IMG/VR virus record: IMGVR_UViG_3300022602_000128
Location: 1 to 54,541 of that record
From: a virus
Lineage: Duplodnaviria > Caudoviricetes
DNA: 54,541 bases
Reading direction: 5' to 3' (one strand)
Position numbers and translations under genes: made by a program. This document shows, piece after piece, positions 53,975-54,541 of this stretch (positions are counted from its first letter, which is position 1; the number at the start of each line of letters is the position of its first letter). The notes beneath the pieces were generated by a model, which worked only from the letters and a program-made list of their open reading frames with translations, was not told the DNA's origin and did no database searches.

Positions 53975-54541
53975 GTAAAAGCGATTTCATGGCCAGTGCT
54001 GAATGGATGAAGGAGAACCTTGGTCCTGCACTTTGCTTGGCTAAATGGAAACAAGTAAGTTTACACCTGCCTACGGGACTCAATAACAGTTGTTATCATC
54101 CTCCACTACACGCCATTGATGCTACTGTGTTAAAAACAAATCCTGGGGCATTACATAACACCGAGCATAAAAAGCAACAACGTGTTATGATGCTCAAACA
54201 GGAAAAGCCCAGTGAGTGTAGTTACTGTTGGAATATTGAAAAGCATGGGCAATTAAGTGATAGACATTACCGTAGCGGAGAGAAATGGGCCGCAGAAGAC
54301 TATGACACAATAGCGAACAGTACCGGAGAAGAAGATGATGTTGTCCCAAGTTACGTGGAAGTTAATTTTAATCATGCCTGCAACCTTGCTTGTAGTTATT
54401 GCAGTCCTCAATTCTCTAGTACCTGGCAAGCGGAAGTTGATAAGTGGGGAGGATATCCTACTAGCACTATTCATAACGACCCTAGTCACTTTGTTGGTAG
54501 AAACCGCCCTATACCTGCCAGCCATGACAACCCATATGTAG
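53971..54541 (+). CDS. Radical SAM protein with an N-terminal SPASM/twitch-like Cys domain, truncated by the window end
   Basis: Manual translation MSKSDFMASAEWMKENLGPALCLAKW...SCYH...ECSYCW...VEVNFNHACNLACSYCSPQFSSTW. ATGA overlap with the previous gene. Missing from the ORF track. Confidence 0.9.
   Translation, partial: MSKSDFMASAEWMKENLGPALCLAKWKQVSLHLPTGLNNSCYHPPLHAIDATVLKTNPGALHNTEHKKQQRVMMLKQEKPSECSYCWNIEKHGQLSDRHYRSGEKWAAEDYDTIANSTGEEDDVVPSYVEVNFNHACNLACSYCSPQFSSTWQAEVDKWGGYPTSTIHNDPSHFVGRNRPIPASHDNPYV

Noticed and set aside
17035-54525. Short minus-strand and alternative-frame ORFs inside the baseplate, fibre and modification genes, including 53280-53801, 54253-54525 and 54335-54541
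   Set aside because: They overlap stronger genes almost entirely and have no recognisable motifs. The last two lie within the real radical SAM frame starting at 53971.
1-54541. Stop-codon reassignment, CRISPR array, tRNA genes, inteins in portal/gp46/capsid
   Set aside because: Core genes are full length under the standard code and end in TAA, TAG or TGA. I saw no regularly spaced repeats, cloverleafs or intein-sized insertions.

Overview
This 54.5-kb window is the virion-morphogenesis region of a large T4-superfamily myovirus. It uses the standard genetic code, and I found no tRNA, CRISPR array or integrase. The minus strand on the left carries the head module (portal gp20, two core proteins, protease gp21, scaffold gp22, capsid gp23), a GIY-YIG/NUMOD3 homing endonuclease and a tape-measure-like gene. 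The centre holds a gp26-like chaperone with a small partner ORF, a ~490-bp ORF-free structured interval, a short GIY-YIG nuclease, gp46/gp47 and the late sigma factor gp55. The plus strand on the right carries the baseplate and tail-fibre module (gp48/54-like, gp53, gp27-like, gp5, gp25, gp6, a 4173-aa gp7-like protein, several fibres, a gp38-like adhesin), followed by an operon of glycosyltransferase-like, radical SAM and sulfotransferase-like genes. Five observations stand out. (1) A candidate ~390-nt, multi-stem, minus-strand ncRNA starts right at the stop codon of the basic GIY-YIG nuclease. (2) A T-TTT-TTC slippery site would fuse the gp26-like gene to the next ORF by a -1 frameshift, as in lambda G/GT. 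(3) Two unrelated baseplate proteins share a 15-aa peptide that is conserved in protein but heavily recoded in DNA. (4) A glycine-rich fibre domain appears split into two genes by an inserted 2OG-Fe(II) oxygenase/HD-like fusion gene. (5) Many promoters are leaderless, and some combine sigma70 and gp55 elements. All family assignments come from recognising motifs by eye; no database search or folding program was run.
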